The position numbers and the translations under genes were made by a program. The notes beneath the pieces are model-generated. The model saw nothing but the letters and a program-made list of their open reading frames with translations. It had not been told where the DNA came from and ran no database searches. A stretch of 64,000 nucleotides of DNA from an uncultured bacterium. GTDB taxonomy: Bacteria; Pseudomonadota; Gammaproteobacteria; Burkholderiales; SG8-39. The DNA lies in contig CBDDRX010000102.1 of assembly GCA_965233165.1 (NCBI GenBank), positions 8,776 through 72,775 of the forward strand, written 5' to 3'. Positions 9,401-19,541 of this stretch are shown here, piece after piece (position 1 is the stretch's first letter; the number at the start of each line of letters is the position of its first letter).

Positions 9401-10284
9401 GGGTAGTCGACGGGGCGGGCGGGGCGCTCCGGGAGCGGGATGAGCTCGGTCTCGCCGGGGACGGGCGGGAAGCGGCCGGCCTGCCAGTCGTCGGCGGCCT
9501 GGTCGATGCGCGCCTTGCTGCTCGAGACGAAGTTCCACCACAGGAAGCGCGGCCCGACCGGCTCGCCGCCGAGCAGCATCAGCCGGCTGTTGCCGGCCGC
9601 CGAGATCCGTTCTTCCGCGCCGGCGGAGAACACGAGCATCTGCCCGGCGCGGTACGGCTTGTCGGCGTACAGCACGTCGCCTTCGGCCACGTAGGCGGCG
9701 CGCTCGGCGTACTCGGGCTTCAGGACGAAGGAGCGGCCGGCCTTGAGGTCGAGCTCCGCGTAGAACATCTCGGAGTACGTCTCCACCGGCGACTGGGCGC
9801 CGAAGAGCTCGCCGACGATCATGCGGGTGCGTGCGCCGGCATCCTCGATCACCGGCAAGTCCTGCGCGCCGAAATGGGCGAAGGCGGGGGCGGTTTCCTC
9901 GTGCTCGCGCGGCAGCGCCACCCAGACCTGGATGCCGAAGGCGCGCGAGCCGGTCGTGCGCAGCTCGGCGGGCGTGCGCTCGGAATGGACGATGCCGCGC
10001 CCGGCGGTCATCCAGTTGACCTCTCCGGGGCGGATCGCCTGCACCGTGCCGAGGCTGTCGCGGTGCATGATCACGCCCTCGAAGAGGTAGGTGACCGTCG
10101 CGAGGCCGATGTGCGGGTGCGGACGCACCGTTAGGCCCTGGTTCGGGTGGAAGGCAGCCGGGCCCATCTGGTCGAAGAAGACGAACGGGCCGACCATGCG
10201 CCGCTCGGCGGCCGGCAGGGCGCGGCGGACCATGAACCCGTCGCCCAGGTCGCGGCTCTTCGGAACGAGGACTGCCTCAAGCAT
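9397..10284 (-). CDS. Pirin family protein
   Basis: [36 protein letters not shown]. Confidence 0.95.
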   Translation of the reverse strand: MLEAVLVPKSRDLGDGFMVRRALPAAERRMVGPFVFFDQMGPAAFHPNQGLTVRPHPHIGLATVTYLFEGVIMHRDSLGTVQAIRPGEVNWMTAGRGIVHSERTPAELRTTGSRAFGIQVWVALPREHEETAPAFAHFGAQDLPVIEDAGARTRMIVGELFGAQSPVETYSEMFYAELDLKAGRSFVLKPEYAERAAYVAEGDVLYADKPYRAGQMLVFSAGAEERISAAGNSRLMLLGGEPVGPRFLWWNFVSSSKARIDQAADDWQAGRFPPVPGETELIPLPERPARPVDYP

Positions 10285-11955
10285 TCAGGGGCGTATTTTG
10301 CGCCTGGGCTTGATGTCGCTGGCAAGAATCGAGACGGCGAGGCCGATGCCGCCGGCCGCGGCGAAGAGGAAGAGCAGAATCGCCAGGCCGGGGTAGCCGA
10401 ACAGGCGGAACTCGGTCTCGACCGGCATGAGCAGCGCCGCGCCGACGATCAGGGCGGCGAGCACCAGCCCGAGGGTGATCCGGTTCGCCACCTTCTGCAG
10501 GCCCTCGAGCAGGCGCGCCTCGTCGATCGAGTCGACGCGGATGCGCAGCTGGTTGCCGGCGAGCTGGTCGAGGATGCGGTTCACGCGCCCGGGCAGGTGC
10601 TGGACGAAATTCTTCGCGTCCACCGCGGCGCTGAAGATCGAGCCGAGCGAGAGGTCGCGCAGCATCTGCTTCTCGGTGATCTCGGCGGCGTGGCGGCGGA
10701 TCGCCTCGTTGGGATCGAAATGCGGCGAGAGCGTGAGCCCCACTTCGTCGAGGTTGAGGAGGGTCTTGCCGATCATCGCCAGCTCGGGTGGCAGCCGCAC
10801 GCCGTTCTCCGCCGCGGCCTTGAGGAGGAAGAGGACCGCGCGCCCGACCTGCGGGCGCTGCGCCGCGAGCTGCCCGTGCTGCGCCAGGACATCCGCGACG
10901 GCGCGCTGGAATCCGCCCGGATCCGCGCCTTCGCGGCACTCGCCGACAAGCAGGAGGATCTTCGCCGCCTCGTCGGCGCGGTTCTCGCTCACGGCGAGCA
11001 GGAGCTGGAGCAGGCGCTCCTGCAGCCCGGGGGAGACGCGGGCGACCATTCCCAGGTCGATGAGCGCGATGCGGCCCCCGGCGAGGAAGACGTTGCCCGG
11101 ATGCGGGTCGGCGTGGAACAGGCCGTCGCGCAGCATTTGCTTGAGATAGGCGCGGAAGAGCGCGTCGGCGAGCCGCTCGCCGTCGATCTCCATCCGCGCG
11201 AGCGGCCCGAGCCGGGTGACCTTGGTGCCGGCAACGAACTCCATGGTGAGCACGCGCGAGGTGCTGAGCGCTTGCACCGGCCCGGGCACGCAGATCTCCT
11301 CGATCTCGCGCAGGTTGCCGCCGATCGCGACGAGATGCATCGCCTCCTGACGGAAGTCGAGCTCGCGCAGGAGCGATTTGCGGAACGCCTCGAACACGAG
11401 GGCGACGTCGAAGCGGCGTGCGGCCTCCGTGTGGCCGTCCAGGAAGGCCGCCACTTGGCCCATCGCCTCCAGGTCGGCGAGCACCTGGTCGCGCACGCCC
11501 GGGCGCTGGACCTTGATCGCCACGGCGCGGCCGTCGCGCAGCTCGGCGTAGTGCACCTGCGCGATGGAGGCGGCGGCGAGCGGCTCGCGCTCGATGCGGC
11601 GGAAGGCGGCGAGGCGCGGCCCGAGCTCCTCGTCGAGGATCTTCTCGATCTGCGCGAACGGGATCGGCGCGACGCCGTCCTGGAGCCGCTTCAGCGCCTC
11701 GGCGTAGGCCGGCGGGACGATGTCGGGCCGCGTGGACAGGAGCTGCCCGAGCTTGATGAAGGTCGGCCCGAGCTTCTCGAGGTCGTCGGCGAGCTGCGCC
11801 GCTTCGGGCGCGGCGGCCGCCACCTGCGCTGAATCGTCGGGCAGCAGCTCCGCGAGGCCGGCGCCCTTGACGAGGTCGCTGCGCCCGTACTTGAGCAGGA
11901 GGAGCGCGACGTCCTTGTAGCGCGCCAGGTGCTCCGGCTTGAGGGAGATGGACAC
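10285..11955 (-). CDS. ABC1/AarF/UbiB family atypical kinase
   Basis: LGPTFIKLGQLLSTRPD, AASIAQVH, VAIKVQRPG, FHADPHPGN, DLGMV; C-terminal TMs; start uncertain (11955 or 11979). Confidence 0.92.
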   Translation of the reverse strand: MSISLKPEHLARYKDVALLLLKYGRSDLVKGAGLAELLPDDSAQVAAAAPEAAQLADDLEKLGPTFIKLGQLLSTRPDIVPPAYAEALKRLQDGVAPIPFAQIEKILDEELGPRLAAFRRIEREPLAAASIAQVHYAELRDGRAVAIKVQRPGVRDQVLADLEAMGQVAAFLDGHTEAARRFDVALVFEAFRKSLLRELDFRQEAMHLVAIGGNLREIEEICVPGPVQALSTSRVLTMEFVAGTKVTRLGPLARMEIDGERLADALFRAYLKQMLRDGLFHADPHPGNVFLAGGRIALIDLGMVARVSPGLQERLLQLLLAVSENRADEAAKILLLVGECREGADPGGFQRAVADVLAQHGQLAAQRPQVGRAVLFLLKAAAENGVRLPPELAMIGKTLLNLDEVGLTLSPHFDPNEAIRRHAAEITEKQMLRDLSLGSIFSAAVDAKNFVQHLPGRVNRILDQLAGNQLRIRVDSIDEARLLEGLQKVANRITLGLVLAALIVGAALLMPVETEFRLFGYPGLAILLFLFAAAGGIGLAVSILASDIKPRRKIRP

Positions 11956-12018
11956 GATGCACCGAACAGCAATCCGCATGCCCGTCTGCGCTTAACAATC
12001 GGCTGCAAGCATGGGTCG

Positions 12019-13296
12019 ATGCGCGCACGCTCATGGCACAAGTACCTGCTGGTCGCGGCGGCGATGGGGCTCGCCGTGCTCGTCGTCGCCAACCTGGCGC
12101 TCGGCGACAAGCGCATCGATACCCATGTCGAGCACCTCTACCCGGTCGCCTCGCCGCAGTTCCGGCGCGCCGTGGGCGTGATGCTTGGCCCGGCGCTCGT
12201 GGAGGGCAACCACGCGCGGGCGCTGGTCAACGGGCGCGAAATCTTCCCCGAGATGCTGAAGGCGATCCGCGCCGCGCAGCAGACGATCACCTTCGAGATG
12301 TACATTTTCGCCGAGGGCGAGGTCGGCGAGGCGTTCACGCAGGCGTTCGAGGAGCGCGCGCGCGCCGGCGTGAAGGTCCACTTCCTCTACGACGCGATCG
12401 GCAGCGAGAAGATCGACAGGAAGTACCTCGAGCGCCTGGAGGCGGCGGGAGTGGAGATCGCGGCGTACAACCCGGTGCGCTGGTACACGCTCGCGCAGAT
12501 GAACAACCGGACCCATCGCAAGCTGATGGTGGTCGACGGGCGCGTCGGCTACACCGGCGGCGTGGGCATCCAGGACCAGTGGCAGGGCGACGCCGAGAAC
12601 CCGGAGCGCTGGCGCGACACCCACTTCCGGGTCGACGGGCCGGCCGCGGCGCAGATGCAGGCTGCCTTCATGGAGAACTGGATCGAGACCACGGGCGAGG
12701 TGCTGCACGGCGAGGGGTACTTCCCGCGCATCGAGCCGGCGGGGAGCCAGCTCGCCCAGGTCGTCGTCAGCTCCCCCGGCGGCGGCGGGGAAAGCATGCA
12801 GCTGCTCTACCTGCTGTCGATCGCGGCGGCGGAAAAGTCGATCCTGCTCGCCAACGCCTACTTCGTGCCCGACAACGTGGAGATCAAGACGCTGGCGGCA
12901 TCCGCCCGGCGCGGCGTGAAGGTGCAGGTGATCGTGCCCGGGCCGATCATCGACAACAAGTTCGTGCGCCGGGCCTCGCGCGCGAGCTGGGGCGACCTCC
13001 TGCGCGCCGGGGTCGAGATCTACGAGTACGAGCCGACCATGTTCCACGTCAAGTCGCTGGTGGTCGACGACCTGTGGGTCACGGTGGGCTCGACCAACTT
13101 CGACACCCGGTCGTTCAGCACGAACGACGAGGCGAACCTGAACGTGCTCGACGGCCGGTTCGCCGCCATGCAGCGGCGCATCTTCGAGGCCGACCTGAAG
13201 CGCTCGCGCCGGGTCACGCTCCAGGAGTGGGAGGCCCGGCCCTGGACCCAGAAGGTCCTGGACACGGCGTGGGACGCCCTCAGCTCGCAGCTTTAG
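12019..13296 (+). CDS. cls: Cardiolipin synthase / phospholipase D family protein
   Basis: Two HKD motifs (HRKLMVVD, HVKSLVVD) and GSTNFDTRS. Confidence 0.88.
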   Translation: MRARSWHKYLLVAAAMGLAVLVVANLALGDKRIDTHVEHLYPVASPQFRRAVGVMLGPALVEGNHARALVNGREIFPEMLKAIRAAQQTITFEMYIFAEGEVGEAFTQAFEERARAGVKVHFLYDAIGSEKIDRKYLERLEAAGVEIAAYNPVRWYTLAQMNNRTHRKLMVVDGRVGYTGGVGIQDQWQGDAENPERWRDTHFRVDGPAAAQMQAAFMENWIETTGEVLHGEGYFPRIEPAGSQLAQVVVSSPGGGGESMQLLYLLSIAAAEKSILLANAYFVPDNVEIKTLAASARRGVKVQVIVPGPIIDNKFVRRASRASWGDLLRAGVEIYEYEPTMFHVKSLVVDDLWVTVGSTNFDTRSFSTNDEANLNVLDGRFAAMQRRIFEADLKRSRRVTLQEWEARPWTQKVLDTAWDALSSQL

Positions 13297-13322
13297 CCGC
13301 GAACCCGCCGGGCCGCTACGAT

Positions 13323-13988
13323 TTACGGGGGGGGGGCGGTCATTCCGGTGGAGAGGCGCAGCTCCGGAAGCGATTTGTCGACCAGCTCCCGCATCCTGTG
13401 CAGCGCATCCTCCAGCACCGTCCCCGTGGCGCCCATCAGGCCGATGTTGCCCACCTTGAGCGCGTCGAGCGCCGTGAGCGCGGTGGCGATCAGCTTGCGA
13501 TGCTCGTCGGCAAGCGTGCCCATCCGGGCATGGAGATCTTGGTCTGCCCGGATGGTGAGTGCCTCGTCGTGGTGCTCTGCGTAGGCAGTCACGGCGTCGG
13601 CGATGGCGCTGTCGAGCAGGCGGTTGAAGGTGTGGAACTCCGTGACGGTGACCGGCGCCGCTCTTTCTCTCGCCAGCTCGGTGATCGACTGGCAGATGTC
13701 GCCGTACCCGTGTACGACCTGTTCGACGCTGTAGCCCTTCGCGAGGAGCGCCTTGCCGTGCAGGGCGGCGGTCCGGCTGTTTTCCGCCGCGGCCGGCGAC
13801 TTGGCCGCGGCGTCCTGACCGGAACTGCTTTCCTCGCAGCGAAGAGCTTCCACGAGCTGATCGAGGAACAGCGGGACGCCATGCTCGAGCTCCGTCTCGG
13901 TCACCGGCGGCGAAGACCTCCTGGCCACCTTGCCGCGGCAGCGGCGGATCAGGTCTTCCCGATTGTCGGTTAGAAATTCGTGCAGCAT
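13323..13988 (-). CDS. RsbRD-N-like sensor protein with a degenerate HisKA-like helix; no HATPase domain
   Basis: GVPLFLDQL, HG..L...GYSVEQVVHGYGDICQSITELA, FNRLLDSAIADAV; ends after a DHp-like region. Confidence 0.65.
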   Translation of the reverse strand: MLHEFLTDNREDLIRRCRGKVARRSSPPVTETELEHGVPLFLDQLVEALRCEESSSGQDAAAKSPAAAENSRTAALHGKALLAKGYSVEQVVHGYGDICQSITELARERAAPVTVTEFHTFNRLLDSAIADAVTAYAEHHDEALTIRADQDLHARMGTLADEHRKLIATALTALDALKVGNIGLMGATGTVLEDALHRMRELVDKSLPELRLSTGMTAPPP

Positions 13989-14073
13989 CCGCTCAGGGTA
14001 CTCGCGCTTCGCTCCCACCTCTGTCCGCGGTCGGACACAGAGCGGGCGGATCGGAATTTTTTCGTTTTCTACC

Positions 14074-14532
14074 CTATGAGGTGATGTAGTCGCGCAGTGC
14101 CTGCGCCTCCTGCGCGGACTCGTCCAGCTTCACCTTCACGAGGTCGCCGATCGAGACCAGCCCGAGCAGCTTGCCCTGCTCGACCACCGGCAGGTGCCGG
14201 AAGCGCCGCTCGGTCATCAGCCCGAGGGCTTCATCAACCGACATCGACAAGCGCCCGACGACCACGCTGCAGGTCATCCGCGCCTCGACCGGCAGCGTCT
14301 CGAAGTCGCGGTCGCCTTCGGCATACAGGCGTATCACGTCACGCTCGGTGAAAATGCCCACCGGGCATCCCGGGGCGTCGGGCACCATCACGGCGCCGAC
14401 CTTCTCGGCGTGCATGACGTGGATTGCCTCGGCGATGCTGGATTTCGCGGGTACCGTCACCAGGCGGTGACCCCGGGCTGCTAGAACTTCTTGCAATTTC
14501 AATGGCGTCTCCGGTTGACCGCGGGCCTGCAT
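14074..14532 (-). CDS. CBS domain pair protein
   Basis: GIFTERD and MTERRFRHLPVV..GLVSIGDLVK; start may be TTG at 14502. Confidence 0.9.
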   Translation of the reverse strand: MQARGQPETPLKLQEVLAARGHRLVTVPAKSSIAEAIHVMHAEKVGAVMVPDAPGCPVGIFTERDVIRLYAEGDRDFETLPVEARMTCSVVVGRLSMSVDEALGLMTERRFRHLPVVEQGKLLGLVSIGDLVKVKLDESAQEAQALRDYITS

Positions 14533-14632
14533 CGAATCAAGGGCGCAAAGCTCTGGGACACGGCGATGGACACGTCAGTTCTCAGCTTTAGCACGGCTTT
14601 AGGTAATATTGCTCCCCAGAGGAGGAGCACCC

Positions 14633-15892
14633 ATGAAGATCCGTTCCGTCGGCGCCGCCCTTGTGGCCGCCGCATCCGTCGCGTTCGCAGGCGCCGCTTT
14701 CGCGCAGGCCGCGAAGGGCAAGCCGATCAAGATCGCCTACATCGACCCGCTGTCCGGGGCGTTCGCCAACGTCGGCGAAGCCGGGCTGCACCACTTCCGC
14801 GCCATGGCCGCGGAGGTCAACGCGAAAGGCGGCCTGAACGGCCGGCCGATCGAGGTGGTGGGCTTCGACAACAAGGTGAGCCCGCAGGAATCGCTGAACC
14901 AGCTCAAGCGCGTCATCGACGACGGCATCCAGTACATCACGCAGGGCAACGGCTCCGCGGTGGCCGGCGCGCTCATCGAGGCGGTGAACCGCCACAACGA
15001 GCGCAACCCGGGCAAGGAGATCCTGTACCTGAACTACGCCGCGGTGGATCCCGCCTTCACCAACGAGAAGTGCTCGTTCTGGCACTTCCGCTTCGACGCC
15101 AACAGCGACATGAAGATGGAGTCGCTCACGACCTGGATGGCGCAGAGCAAGAACATCAAGAAGGTCTACCTGATCAACCAGGACTACTCGTTCGGCCACG
15201 CGGTGAAGAAGGCGGCGCGCGAGATGCTCGGGCGCAAGCGCCCCGACATCGAGATCGTCGGCGACGACCTGCACCCGCTGGGCAAGGTGACCGACTTCTC
15301 GCCCTACGTGGCGAAGATGAAGCAGGCCGGCGCCGACACGGTGATCACGGGCAACTGGGGCCAGGACATGGCGCTGCTCATCAAGGCGGCGAAGGACGCC
15401 GGCCTGAACGCCGCGTTCTACACCTACTACGGCGGCGGCCTGGGCGCGCTCTCGACGATCGGCGAGTCCGGGGTCGGCAACCTGAAGCAGATCACCGAGT
15501 GGCACGAGAACGTGCCGACGAAGATCGAGAAGTGGAGCCAGGACTTCGAGAAGAAGTACAAGGTCGACTTCTACTACCTGCGCGTGCGCACCATGATGCT
15601 GATGCTCGCCGAGGCGTCGAAGAAGGCGAAGTCGGTCGAGCCGAAGGCGATCGGCTACGCGCTCGAGGGCATGCGCTACCAGAGCGACACGGGGGAGGTG
15701 GAGATGCGCAAGCAGGACCACCAGCTCATCCAGCCGCTCTACCTGTCCACCGTGCAGAAGACCGCGGCGAAGGGCGGACCGAAGGACGTCAAGTACGACG
15801 TGGAGAACACCGGCCTCGGGTTCAGGACCGACGCGAAGCTCGACGCGTTCACGTCGGCGGGATTCACCTCCTGCAACATGAAGCGGCCGTAG
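14633..15892 (+). CDS. Branched-chain amino acid-type ABC transporter substrate-binding protein
   Basis: Signal peptide, IDPLSGAFA, YLINQDYSFG, VITGNWG; GGAGG RBS. Confidence 0.9.
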   Translation: MKIRSVGAALVAAASVAFAGAAFAQAAKGKPIKIAYIDPLSGAFANVGEAGLHHFRAMAAEVNAKGGLNGRPIEVVGFDNKVSPQESLNQLKRVIDDGIQYITQGNGSAVAGALIEAVNRHNERNPGKEILYLNYAAVDPAFTNEKCSFWHFRFDANSDMKMESLTTWMAQSKNIKKVYLINQDYSFGHAVKKAAREMLGRKRPDIEIVGDDLHPLGKVTDFSPYVAKMKQAGADTVITGNWGQDMALLIKAAKDAGLNAAFYTYYGGGLGALSTIGESGVGNLKQITEWHENVPTKIEKWSQDFEKKYKVDFYYLRVRTMMLMLAEASKKAKSVEPKAIGYALEGMRYQSDTGEVEMRKQDHQLIQPLYLSTVQKTAAKGGPKDVKYDVENTGLGFRTDAKLDAFTSAGFTSCNMKRP

Positions 15893-15909
15893 CCGTGAGG
15901 AGCTGAAAC

Positions 15910-15935
15910 AAGGGGGCGCCAGCCCCCTTTTTTTT
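15910..15935 (+). terminator. Stem-loop with T tract after the SBP gene
   Basis: AAGGGGGC-gcca-GCCCCCTT then T run. Confidence 0.7.
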
Positions 15936-15939
15936 GGCC

Positions 15940-16827
15940 ATGGAGGTCTTCCTCGTCCAGGTGTTGAACAGCATCAGCTACGGGCTGCTGCTGTTCATGC
16001 TGTCCTCGGGGCTGACCATCGTCTTCTCGCTGATGGGCGTGCTGAACTTCGCCCACGCGAGCTTCTACATGCTCGGCGCGTACTTCGCCTACCAGACCAG
16101 CCGCTCCCTGGGCTTCTGGCCCGCGCTCGTCATTGCCCCGCTCCTGGTCGGCCTGGTCGGCATGGCCGTCGAGCGCTTCGCCCTGCGCCGCGCGCACAAG
16201 TTCGGCCACGTCGCGGAGCTGCTGTTCACGTTCGGCCTCGCCTACCTCATCGAGGAGGCGGTGCACCTCGTGTGGGGCAGGGTGGCGGTGGACTACCGGG
16301 TCCCCTCGGAGCTCGAGGGGCCGCTCTTCGCGATCATGGGCACGCCGTACCCGGCCTACCGCGCCTTCATGATGCTGGTGGCGATGCTGATGCTGATCTC
16401 GATCTGGCTCGCGCTGACGCGCACGCGGATCGGCCTGGTGATCCAGGCGGCGCTCACCCACCCGCACACCGTCGAGGCGCTCGGCCACAATGTGCCGCGC
16501 GTGTTCATGCTGGTGTTCGGCGGCGGTGCCGCGCTCGCCGGCCTCGCCGGGGTGATCGGCGGCAACGCGTTCGTCACGGATCCGGCGATGGCGGCGGCGG
16601 TGGGGCCGATCGTGTTCGTGATCGTGGTGGTGGGCGGCATCGGCTCGCTCGCGGGGGCCTTCTACGCGTCGCTGCTGATCGGCTTCATCCAGACCTTCGC
16701 CGTGTCCCTCGACTGGGGACTGTTCGGCTACAAGATCTCGCAGATCGCCCCGGTCCTGCCGTATCTCGTGATGGTGCTGATGCTGATCCTCCGCCCGCGC
16801 GGCCTTCTCGGAACCCGGGACTCGTGA
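15940..16827 (+). CDS. ABC transporter permease (LivH-like)
   Basis: GLTIVFSLMGVLNFAHA; RPRGLLG C-terminus. Confidence 0.9.
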   Translation: MEVFLVQVLNSISYGLLLFMLSSGLTIVFSLMGVLNFAHASFYMLGAYFAYQTSRSLGFWPALVIAPLLVGLVGMAVERFALRRAHKFGHVAELLFTFGLAYLIEEAVHLVWGRVAVDYRVPSELEGPLFAIMGTPYPAYRAFMMLVAMLMLISIWLALTRTRIGLVIQAALTHPHTVEALGHNVPRVFMLVFGGGAALAGLAGVIGGNAFVTDPAMAAAVGPIVFVIVVVGGIGSLAGAFYASLLIGFIQTFAVSLDWGLFGYKISQIAPVLPYLVMVLMLILRPRGLLGTRDS

Positions 16828-18083
16828 AGCTCTCCCTGCGCATGGGCGGCTGGCTGGTCTGGATCGTCACGGCGAGCGTCATGCTGGTGGCGCCGTGGCT
16901 TTTCCCGGGCGGCTTCGCGCTCACGCTGCTCACGCAGATGGGCACGCTGATCATTTTCGCCCTTTCGTACAACATGCTGCTCGGGCAGGGCGGGATGCTG
17001 TCCTTCGGCCACGCGGTCTACTCGGGCCTGGGCGCCTACATCACCGTGCACGCGCTGAACGCCATCGGCCAGAGCTGGGGCTGGGTCACGCCGATCCCGC
17101 TGCTGCCGCTCGTGGGCGGGGTGGCGGGCCTGGTGTTCGGCGTGATCTTCGGCTACGTGACCACCAAGCGCGCCGGAACCATCTTCGCCATGATCTCGCT
17201 CGGGATCGGCGAGATGGTCTACGCCTGCGTGCTCATGTTCCCGGGATTCTTCGGCGGCGAGGCCGGCATCTCGACCAACCGCACGGTGGGGCAGCCGCTG
17301 CTCGGGCTGACCTTCGGGCCGGCGATCCAGGTCTACTACCTCGTCGCCGCCTGGTGCTTCGCCTGCATGATCGCCATGTACGCGCTCACCCATACGCCGC
17401 TCGGGCGCATGGCCAACGCGGTGCGCGACAACCCGGAGCGCGCCGAGTTCGTCGGCTACGACACGCAGAAGGTGCGCTTCCTCCAGCTCGTGCTGTCGGC
17501 GTTCTTCGCCGGGATCTCCGGCGCGCTCTCGTGCATCAACTTCGAGATCGTGTCGGCGGAGAACGTCTCGGCGATCCGCTCCGGCGGGGTGCTGCTCGCC
17601 ACCTTCATCGGCGGGATCCCGTTCTTCTTCGGCCCGGTGATCGGCTCGGTGATCTTCATCTTCTTCGTCGCCGCGCTCTCGGGCTTCACCAAGGCGTGGC
17701 TGCTCTACCTGGGCCTCTTCTTCTGCCTGATGGTCCTCTACGCCCCCGGCGGCGTGGCCTCGCTCGTGCTCATGCAGATCGGCCTGATCCGCGCCGGGCG
17801 ATTCGGCCGGATGCTGCCGCCCTATGGCCTCGCCGCGCTTGCCGCGCTGCTCGCGCTCGCCGGCGTGATCGGCCTGGTCGAGTCCGTCTACCGGCTCTCG
17901 GACGTCACCAGCGACCCGCAGATGACGCTGTTCGGCCTGGCGCTGAACGCCCGCGATCCGGCGGTCTACGCCGTGTCGGGGCTGCTCCTCGCCGCCGGCC
18001 TGCTCGCCATGCGCCACGTGGCGAGGATGGTGGCGGCGCGCTGGGACGTGGTGCAGCAGGAGCTGAAGGCGGCCGCGGCATGA
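16824..18083 (+). CDS. ABC transporter permease (LivM-like)
   Basis: YNMLLGQGGMLSFGHA, AVRDNPERAEFVG; GTGA overlap with the upstream gene. Confidence 0.9.
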   Translation: MKLSLRMGGWLVWIVTASVMLVAPWLFPGGFALTLLTQMGTLIIFALSYNMLLGQGGMLSFGHAVYSGLGAYITVHALNAIGQSWGWVTPIPLLPLVGGVAGLVFGVIFGYVTTKRAGTIFAMISLGIGEMVYACVLMFPGFFGGEAGISTNRTVGQPLLGLTFGPAIQVYYLVAAWCFACMIAMYALTHTPLGRMANAVRDNPERAEFVGYDTQKVRFLQLVLSAFFAGISGALSCINFEIVSAENVSAIRSGGVLLATFIGGIPFFFGPVIGSVIFIFFVAALSGFTKAWLLYLGLFFCLMVLYAPGGVASLVLMQIGLIRAGRFGRMLPPYGLAALAALLALAGVIGLVESVYRLSDVTSDPQMTLFGLALNARDPAVYAVSGLLLAAGLLAMRHVARMVAARWDVVQQELKAAAA

Positions 18084-18853
18084 GCGAACCCATGGAGCGC
18101 GGCGGCGCCGCGCTGGAGCTTCGCGACGTCCACAAGAGCTTCGGCGCGACCCGGATCATCCAGGGCGTTTCCCTGGCGATCCCGGCGGGCGAGCGCCACG
18201 CGATCATCGGCCCGAACGGGGCCGGCAAGTCGACGCTGTTCAACCTGATCTCCGGCCGCTTCGGCCTGAGCGCCGGGAGCATCCGCCTGAACGGCGCGGA
18301 GATCGGCGGCCTGCGGCCCTTCGAGATCAACCGCAAGGGCCTCGCCCGCAGCTTCCAGGTGACCAACCTCTTCCACAACCTGTCGGTCTACGAGAACCTG
18401 CGCTGCGCGGTGCTCTGGGCGCACGGCTACAAGTATTCCTTCTGGCACCGCCTGTCCGGGCTCGCCAGGGTGAAGCGCCGCGTGGACGAGGTGATCGAGA
18501 AGATCGGCCTCGCCGCGCGCGCCGCGACGATCGCCGGCACGCTTTCCTACGCCGAGCAGCGCGCGCTGGAGATCGGCATCACCATCGCCGGCGGCGCGAG
18601 CGTGATCCTGCTCGACGAGCCGACCGCGGGAATGAGCCGCACCGAGACCGCGCATGCGGTCGAGCTGATCCGCCAGGTCTCCGAGGGCAAGACGCTGGTC
18701 ATGGTCGAGCACGACATGGGCGTGGTGTTCGACCTCGCGGACCGCATCTCGGTGCTCGTCTACGGCGAGGTGATCGCGAGCGGCCCGCCCGCCGAGATCC
18801 GCGCCAATGCCGCGGTCAAGGAAGCCTACCTGGGGACTTCGCTGCATGCTTGA
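18080..18853 (+). CDS. ABC transporter ATP-binding protein (LivG-like)
   Basis: GPNGAGKST, LLDEPTAGM, VKEAYLG. Confidence 0.92.
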   Translation: MSEPMERGGAALELRDVHKSFGATRIIQGVSLAIPAGERHAIIGPNGAGKSTLFNLISGRFGLSAGSIRLNGAEIGGLRPFEINRKGLARSFQVTNLFHNLSVYENLRCAVLWAHGYKYSFWHRLSGLARVKRRVDEVIEKIGLAARAATIAGTLSYAEQRALEIGITIAGGASVILLDEPTAGMSRTETAHAVELIRQVSEGKTLVMVEHDMGVVFDLADRISVLVYGEVIASGPPAEIRANAAVKEAYLGTSLHA

Positions 18854-19541
18854 AGTCCGGGACCTGAATGCGTTCTACGGGAAAAGCCACATCCTGCGCG
18901 GCGTGCACCTCGACGTGCGCCAGGGCGAGATCGTCAGCCTGCTCGGGCGCAACGGGGTCGGCCGCTCGACCACCCTCAAGGCGATCATGGGGATGGTGAG
19001 CCGGCAGGGCTCGGTCCGGTTCAAGGGGCGTGAGCTTACCGGGCTGAAGGCGTTCGAGATCGCGCACCAGGGCCTGGGCTACGTGCCCGAGAACCGCGAC
19101 ATCTTCCCGTCGCTCACCGTGCGCCAGAACCTGATCCTCGGGGAGAAGCGGCGCAAGGCGCCTGGCGGGTGGACGATGGAGCAGTGCTTCGCGCTGTTCC
19201 CGCGCCTGAAGGAGCGCGTCGACACCTCCGCCGGCGTGCTCTCGGGCGGCGAGCAGCAGATGCTCACGCTGTGCCGCACGCTGATGGGCGACCCCGAGCT
19301 CGTGATGATCGACGAGCCGACCGAAGGCCTGGCGCCGAAGATCGTGGAGCAGGTGGCCAGCCTCTTCCAGGAGGTGAAGAAGCGCGGCATCTCGATCCTG
19401 CTGGTCGAGCAGAAGCTCGCCATCACGCTCGACATCTCCGAGCGCCTCTACGTCATGGGCCACGGCGCGATCGTGTTCGAGGGAACCGCGCAGGACGTGC
19501 GCTCGAACGCGGCCATGCGCAAGGAATGGCTCGAGGTCTAA
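18846..19541 (+). CDS. ABC transporter ATP-binding protein (LivF-like)
   Basis: GRNGVGRST, LSGGEQQM, IDEPTEGLAP. Confidence 0.92.
   Translation: MLEVRDLNAFYGKSHILRGVHLDVRQGEIVSLLGRNGVGRSTTLKAIMGMVSRQGSVRFKGRELTGLKAFEIAHQGLGYVPENRDIFPSLTVRQNLILGEKRRKAPGGWTMEQCFALFPRLKERVDTSAGVLSGGEQQMLTLCRTLMGDPELVMIDEPTEGLAPKIVEQVASLFQEVKKRGISILLVEQKLAITLDISERLYVMGHGAIVFEGTAQDVRSNAAMRKEWLEV

Noticed and set aside
6321..9624. Duplicated EAL and pirin segments as DGR template/variable repeats
   Set aside because: Mismatches are not adenine-specific and no reverse transcriptase is in the window
13327..13336. G10 tract as a phase-variation switch
   Set aside because: It lies at the very end of the ORF, with no downstream domain to bring into frame before the convergent cls gene
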